Assembly: GCA_044359535.1 (NCBI GenBank)
Contig: JBIKLZ010000012.1
Span: forward strand, 1 to 28,544
Direction of reading: 5' to 3'
Length of the DNA stretch: 28,544 nt
Source of the DNA: Chlamydiia bacterium
GTDB lineage: Bacteria > Chlamydiota > Chlamydiia > Chlamydiales > 2-12-FULL-49-11
The notes below the pieces were generated by a model, which was not told the DNA's origin, made no database searches, and saw only the letters and a list, made by a program, of their open reading frames with translations. Positions 23,586 through 28,544 of the stretch are shown here, piece after piece; the first letter of the stretch is position 1, and every line of letters starts with the position of its first letter. Position numbers and translations under genes: made by a program.

Positions 23586-24988
23586 AAATGACTATCTACG
23601 ACACAAAGCAAAGGAGAAAAGTTGCTTTTTCTCCTGAAAAAGAGAATACAGTTCGAATGTATACATGTGGCCCTACAATTTATAATTTTGCCCACATAGG
23701 GAATCTTAGAACATTTGTTTTTGAAGATCTGCTCCGTCGAACTATCAAATTTTTTGGGATGAAGGTCTTTCATGTGATGAATTTGACCGATGTGGATGAT
23801 AAAACAATCGCAGGTGCTATTGAAAACAAACAGACCCTTTTGGAATTTACAAAGCCTTTTGAGATCGCTTTTCATCAAGATTTACAGACTCTTGGGGTGG
23901 AACCTGCAGAAAAATATCCAAAGGCGACAGAATTTATTGATCAGATGATTGTGATGATTGAAAAATTAATTGATAAGGGATTTGCTTACAGAACCGATAG
24001 TGGGGACGTCTTTTTTCGTATTAAAAGTTTTCCAAGTTATGGAAAGCTCTCCCATTTATCCTTAGAGGATTTGGATGTAGGCAGATCAATGACAGTAGAT
24101 GCTGACGAGTATGATAAAGAGTCAGCAACCGATTTTGTCCTTTGGAAAGGGTATGATGATATCCGTGATGGAGACATTTATTGGAAAAGCCCTTTTGGAA
24201 AGGGGCGTCCAGGTTGGCATATGGAATGTTCATGTATGAGTATGCATTATTTGGGGGACACCTTTGATTTACATACTGGGGGTGTGGATAATATTTTTCC
24301 CCATCATGAGAATGAAATTGCACAATCAGAAGCATTATCGGGGAAAATTTTTTCAAGATATTGGATGCACTCAGAACATTTGCTTGTTGAGGGGAAAAAG
24401 ATGTCGAAAAGTTTAGGTAATTTTTACACTTTAAGGGATCTATTGAAAAAGGGGTATTCAGGTCGAGAGGTGAGAATGCTTTTTCTAGCAAGTCATTATA
24501 GAGCGCAATTAAACTTTACTTTTGACGGGTTAATGGCAACACGAAGAAGTTTAGCAAGGATAGATGCATTTGTTAAACGATTAGAAGAAAATTCTCAAGG
24601 GGATATTATTGATGTTTCTTCTTTTGAAGAAGAATTTGCACACGCTATTGCCGATGATTTAAATAGTCCCCAAGCTCTTGCTGTCATTTTTGAGATGATT
24701 CGTTTTGTCAATTATCAGTTGGATGACAAAAAGATGGATTGTTCTAAAGTGATCCTTTTTATGGAAAAAGTAGACGCTGTGTTTGGCTTTATTTTTTCAA
24801 AAGAAAATGAAGAAATAGAGGATTTTATACTAAAGGCAGCTCAAGATAGATACAAAGCACGTCAAGAAAAGGATTTTTCTCGAGCCGATACAATGAGAGC
24901 AATGATTGAAAATGCGGGCTATATCGTAGAGGATACAAAAGAAGCATGTCTAGTGAGGAAAAAGGAGAAAGATGCAAACAAAAAATGA
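23582..24988 (+). CDS. cysS: Cysteine--tRNA ligase
   Basis: MYTCGPT...HIGN, DFVLWK, GRPGWHMECS, DNIFPHHENE and KMSKS. Confidence 0.98.
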   Translation: MKMTIYDTKQRRKVAFSPEKENTVRMYTCGPTIYNFAHIGNLRTFVFEDLLRRTIKFFGMKVFHVMNLTDVDDKTIAGAIENKQTLLEFTKPFEIAFHQDLQTLGVEPAEKYPKATEFIDQMIVMIEKLIDKGFAYRTDSGDVFFRIKSFPSYGKLSHLSLEDLDVGRSMTVDADEYDKESATDFVLWKGYDDIRDGDIYWKSPFGKGRPGWHMECSCMSMHYLGDTFDLHTGGVDNIFPHHENEIAQSEALSGKIFSRYWMHSEHLLVEGKKMSKSLGNFYTLRDLLKKGYSGREVRMLFLASHYRAQLNFTFDGLMATRRSLARIDAFVKRLEENSQGDIIDVSSFEEEFAHAIADDLNSPQALAVIFEMIRFVNYQLDDKKMDCSKVILFMEKVDAVFGFIFSKENEEIEDFILKAAQDRYKARQEKDFSRADTMRAMIENAGYIVEDTKEACLVRKKEKDANKK

Positions 24989-26540
24989 AGTAGAATACCA
25001 TAATTTTGAAGAGTACAAAAATAGAGTTGCAAAACTTGATGAAATTAGAGCCTTAGGGGTAAATCCTTACCCCCATGGTTATAAAAACACACATACCCTT
25101 TTAGAGATTCTTCACACCTACAAAGAGGATCCCATTGGAACTTTTGAGGATGGAGAAAAAATGTCTTCTCCTTTTGTAAAAACCTCAGGAAGAATTGTAT
25201 TACATAGAGGGATGGGAAAAAATATTTTTGCTTCTATACAAGAAAATGGGTCTAGCCTACAGGTATTATTCAATAAAGAGGTGACAAAAGTTCATGGACT
25301 TAAAGAAGGAGAGCTCACCTTTCACAAGTTCTTAGAAAAAAAGATCGATTTAGGGGATATTATTGGGGTGGAAGGCCATTTATTTCGAACAAATAAAGGG
25401 GAGATGACCGTTTTTGCTCATGAGGTCACCTTACTAACAAAAGTATTACTCCCCCTGCCGGATAAACATCATGGACTTGTAGATAAAGAAGCAAGGTATC
25501 GTAAGCGCTATTTGGATATGATTTCACATCAAGAGGTGATCAAAACGTTTAAGATGAGAAGTCAAATCATTACATTACTCAGAAAAATTTTCGATGAGGC
25601 CCACTTTTTGGAAGTGGAGACCCCAATTTTAGAGCCATTGTATGGAGGGGCTCAAGCAAAACCGTTTACCACACATTTACATGCATTGGATAAGGACTTG
25701 TTTTTACGTATATCTTTAGAACTGCCACTTAAAAAATTGGTTGTTGGGGGAATACCTAGAGTGTATCAAATTGGGAAGGTATTTAGAAATGAGGGCATTG
25801 ATGCAACGCACAATCCTGAATTTACAATGGTAGAATTTTATGCTTCCTATTGGGATTACAATGATATGATGCACTTTACAGAAAACCTCTACCAAAAAAT
25901 TGCTATGGAACTTTTTGGTACAACCATCATTGGAGAAAGAGTGGATCGAAAAGGGAGGGTGCATACCATCGATCTAAAAGCACCATGGATTAAAATGACA
26001 ATGAAAGAAGCGATAAAAATCTATGGATGTTATGATGTAGATGAAATGACAGAGGATGAAATGAGGATTGAATTGATGGAAAAGTCATCTATTGATCATA
26101 AAAAGGTGAAGAAAGGCAATCGTGGCCTTTTAATTGCCTATATGTTTGCCGAATTTGCTGAAAACTCATTAATTCAGCCCCATTTTATCATTGACCATCC
26201 GATAGAGACAACCCCTCTTTGTAAATTGCATAGAAATGAAAGTCTTGCTAAAGAGGGAATTGTTGAACGATTTGAAGCCTTTATTTTGGGTGTTGAGGTG
26301 TGCAATTCGTATACAGAGCTTAACGATCCCCTTTTACAAAGAAGTCTTTTAGAAGAGCAACAAGAGCTTTTAGATGGAGGGGATGAAGAGGCAAATCCCA
26401 TTGATGAAGATTTTATTGAATCGATTTGTCAAGGGATGCCCCCTTGTGGAGGGTGTGGTATTGGAATAGATAGATTGATCATGCTATTTACCAATGAAGT
26501 CTCTATAAAAGATGTCCTGTTTTTCCCTATGATGAGATAG
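24972..26540 (+). CDS. lysS: Lysine--tRNA ligase (class II)
   Basis: RYRKRYLD, EVETP, GGAQAKPF, LRISLEL, FRNEGID.THNPEFT and GMPPCGGCGIGIDRL. Confidence 0.98.
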   Translation: MQTKNEVEYHNFEEYKNRVAKLDEIRALGVNPYPHGYKNTHTLLEILHTYKEDPIGTFEDGEKMSSPFVKTSGRIVLHRGMGKNIFASIQENGSSLQVLFNKEVTKVHGLKEGELTFHKFLEKKIDLGDIIGVEGHLFRTNKGEMTVFAHEVTLLTKVLLPLPDKHHGLVDKEARYRKRYLDMISHQEVIKTFKMRSQIITLLRKIFDEAHFLEVETPILEPLYGGAQAKPFTTHLHALDKDLFLRISLELPLKKLVVGGIPRVYQIGKVFRNEGIDATHNPEFTMVEFYASYWDYNDMMHFTENLYQKIAMELFGTTIIGERVDRKGRVHTIDLKAPWIKMTMKEAIKIYGCYDVDEMTEDEMRIELMEKSSIDHKKVKKGNRGLLIAYMFAEFAENSLIQPHFIIDHPIETTPLCKLHRNESLAKEGIVERFEAFILGVEVCNSYTELNDPLLQRSLLEEQQELLDGGDEEANPIDEDFIESICQGMPPCGGCGIGIDRLIMLFTNEVSIKDVLFFPMMR

Positions 26541-26550
26541 GTTTTTTCAT

Positions 26551-26605
26551 TAGACTTCTTTCGAAACTTCATTTTAAAAACTAATGAAGTTTTGAAAGAA
26601 GTCTA
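26551..26605. terminator. Long hairpin between convergent genes (probable bidirectional terminator)
   Basis: 23-bp arms TAGACTTCTTTCGAAACTTCATT and AATGAAGTTTTGAAAGAAGTCTA, 22/23 complementary, with a 9-nt loop. Confidence 0.65.
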
Positions 26606-27724
26606 TTTGGAAAGCATGTAGGCGGTGAGCTCTTTTGTTTTTGTCACCCTTGTTTTTTTATTGGCATTGGCAACCTCATAGAAAAGAGTTTCTAGTTTTT
26701 TTGAATCAAGACCACGGCTTGCTGCATATTCTTTGAGGTTGTTTTGGAGATCTTGCGTTGATTTAATGAGGCTTTTATCAAACTCTTTAGGATAGGTACC
26801 CACCTCTCTTTGAATTTTCTTTTGTAGTTGAATAAACATGGGGTTAGCTTTTATAGCTTGATTAGATATTCCTTGAAAAGCCTTTTTAGATATGGGGTTG
26901 TTTACGATTTCATGCATATAAATAAAAAAATCCATTTTGCTAAAAAGTTCTTTTCCCTTTGTGGCTAAAGCCTCTTTTATTTTGGGCAATGTTATTATGG
27001 AGGATTTATCCACTTTCGAAAGGTATTCAGCTAACTGATTTTGAATATTTTCTGTAGAAGATCTGGGAGAATTTGTTGGAGAGGTTTGTTGAGGGGGCGA
27101 AATTTCTGCAGGTTTATGGGAAGCAGGTGAAAGTACAATATCTTCAACAGTCCCAGGAGGAGAAGGGGCTGGATTTTGATTCTCTAAAGAAACGGGGCTA
27201 TCTGCAGGTTTAACGGAAGTAGGTGAAGGTTGAATATCTTCAACAGTCTCAGGAGGAGAAGGGGCTGGATTTTGATTGTCTAAAGAAACGGGGTTATCTG
27301 CAGGTTTAACGGAAGTAGGTGAAGGTTGAATATCTTCAACAGTCTGAGGAGAAGGGGGGAGGCTTTCAGTAACTAAAGAAACGGGGCTGTCTGTATGCAT
27401 GGATGGCGAAGGGGGTTTTTCAATAGATGTAGCTTTATTTTCCCTTGTTTCTAAAACATCGATTGGAACTTTACTTAAGTTAAGCTCTCTTTGTTTCATT
27501 TTTAAGCAATGTTTTATACACATACGTTGAATCACTCTAAATACATAATAGATGCCTAAGGAAAAAATGAATCCCAATATATGGGAACGATTTTTCATAA
27601 GGGTATCAATTTTTTTTAAACGTTCTTTGATTGCTTTAACTTCTGCACGGGTCATTATCGTAAAAAAACTTTCAATATAAGGGGTATTATTTCCAAAAGA
27701 AATTGAATTATTCGATGATTTCAT
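26603..27724 (-). CDS. Hypothetical protein with one hydrophobic segment and Pro/Ser-rich tandem repeats (effector candidate)
   Basis: 373-aa ORF with a Ser/Asn-rich N-terminus, hydrophobic ILGFIFSLGIYYVF, about three 32-aa repeats and a helical C-terminus. TATAAT and AAAGG upstream. Confidence 0.75.
   Translation of the reverse strand: MKSSNNSISFGNNTPYIESFFTIMTRAEVKAIKERLKKIDTLMKNRSHILGFIFSLGIYYVFRVIQRMCIKHCLKMKQRELNLSKVPIDVLETRENKATSIEKPPSPSMHTDSPVSLVTESLPPSPQTVEDIQPSPTSVKPADNPVSLDNQNPAPSPPETVEDIQPSPTSVKPADSPVSLENQNPAPSPPGTVEDIVLSPASHKPAEISPPQQTSPTNSPRSSTENIQNQLAEYLSKVDKSSIITLPKIKEALATKGKELFSKMDFFIYMHEIVNNPISKKAFQGISNQAIKANPMFIQLQKKIQREVGTYPKEFDKSLIKSTQDLQNNLKEYAASRGLDSKKLETLFYEVANANKKTRVTKTKELTAYMLSK
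27105..27389. repeat. Coding tandem repeat, three units of 96, 96 and 93 bp
   Basis: Units begin TCTGCAGGTTTA at 27105, 27201 and 27297, and encode variants of PADNPVSLDNQNPAPSPPETVEDIQPSPTSVK. Confidence 0.92.
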
Positions 27725-27817
27725 AAGAACCTTTAAATATATATATCAATTATACATTTTATCATTTTTTTAAAAAAGGATAATTATTTCAATTCATACG
27801 AAAAATTCAAAAATTTT

Positions 27818-28544
27818 TTAAGAAAAAGTGGATGTAGACCCTACATCGATTAAAAGGCGCACTTTTAAAGGCATTTTTACAGGGATTCTTTTCAAAATTT
27901 TTGTGACTGAATTTACTTGTTTTGTTTTTATAAGTATCTGAAAACGAAAGTTTTCATTAATCTTTGGATGGCCGCAAGGGGTGGGCTTATAGATCCAAGT
28001 CTCTTTAATGGGTGCAGATTTTAGAAAGCAATAGACCTCATTAGAGCTTTTTTCACACCCTTGCTTATCTTTTGATGTAAAAATAAGTTTAATAATTTTT
28101 GTATATGGGGGGTAGTTACACAATTTTCTATCAGAAAGCTCTTCTTTTATAAATCCTTGAAAATCAGCTTTTTGAACAGATTTCATTACAGGATGATCGG
28201 GATAATAGGTTTGGATAAGGGCTGTACCTTGAAGTTCTCCCCGTCCAGATCTTCCGACAACTTGAGTCATCACTTGAAAAAGGGATTCGGTGGAGCGATA
28301 ATCTGGGATGTGTAATGAGGTGTCGGCACCAATAACTGCCGAAAGGGTGACTAAGGGAAAATCAAGGCCTTTAGCAATCATTTGGGTTCCAATTAAAAGA
28401 TCTGCTTTTCCTGCCCTAAATTGTTTTAAAAGAAGGTCGTGAGAGCCTTTATGTTTGGTTGTATCTCTATCCATACGGAGGGTTCGAATTTCAGGAAAAA
28501 TAGCATGAAGGGCACTTTCGACTTGTTCGGTTCCAGGGCCGCGA
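27818..28544 (-). CDS. priA: Primosomal protein N' (3' part; 5' end outside the window)
   Basis: Frame is open to the window edge: RGPGTEQVE...RMDRDTT, DLLIGTQMIAKGLDFP, PDYRS.E, QVVGRSGR, IQT and YPPY. Confidence 0.96.
   Translation of the reverse strand, partial: RGPGTEQVESALHAIFPEIRTLRMDRDTTKHKGSHDLLLKQFRAGKADLLIGTQMIAKGLDFPLVTLSAVIGADTSLHIPDYRSTESLFQVMTQVVGRSGRGELQGTALIQTYYPDHPVMKSVQKADFQGFIKEELSDRKLCNYPPYTKIIKLIFTSKDKQGCEKSSNEVYCFLKSAPIKETWIYKPTPCGHPKINENFRFQILIKTKQVNSVTKILKRIPVKMPLKVRLLIDVGSTSTFS

Noticed and set aside
6191-24988. tRNA-Cys and cysS in the same window
   Set aside because: They are about 17 kb apart in different transcription units, and I saw no T-box-like leader; likely coincidence.
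3437-26401. Many 60-156 aa ORFs antisense or out of frame within long genes (e.g. 6690-6989, 12917-13216, 23531-23878, 24021-24491)
   Set aside because: They overlap well-supported genes almost entirely and show no recognisable motifs.
27105-27389. Periodic repeat as a possible CRISPR array
   Set aside because: Units are tandem multiples of 3 without unique spacers, lie in frame inside an ORF, and no cas genes are present.

Overview
A gene-dense, AT-rich bacterial chromosome segment, most likely from a member of the Chlamydiota (probably an environmental lineage). The run icc...murF-mraY-murD-LysM(nlpD)-ftsW-murG-murC-ftsQ-cutA-rsbV-miaA-rsfS-fabF...aas...cysS/lysS/priA, with no ftsA/ftsZ after ftsQ, matches the chlamydial gene order as I remember it. 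Non-core genes sit within this backbone: a Vat-like acetyltransferase, divergent GT9/GT2 glycosyltransferases, a VTT/DedA protein next to tRNA-Cys, an Inc-like protein and a probable iota-class carbonic anhydrase splitting murF from mraY, bioY, a 59-aa small ORF, and a Pro/Ser-repeat effector candidate. Main observations: (1) eight operon-leading genes have a sigma70-type -10 box 5-7 nt before an ATG and no Shine-Dalgarno (SD), suggesting widespread leaderless translation; (2) the peptidoglycan (dcw) cluster is remodelled: MurC has no Ddl half, MurF has altered C-terminal motifs, the Mur ligases are compact, and an iota-CA-like gene is inserted; (3) Aas has an internal ACP domain. I saw no mobile element, CRISPR array or rRNA. 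All calls come from reading motifs; no database search was run.
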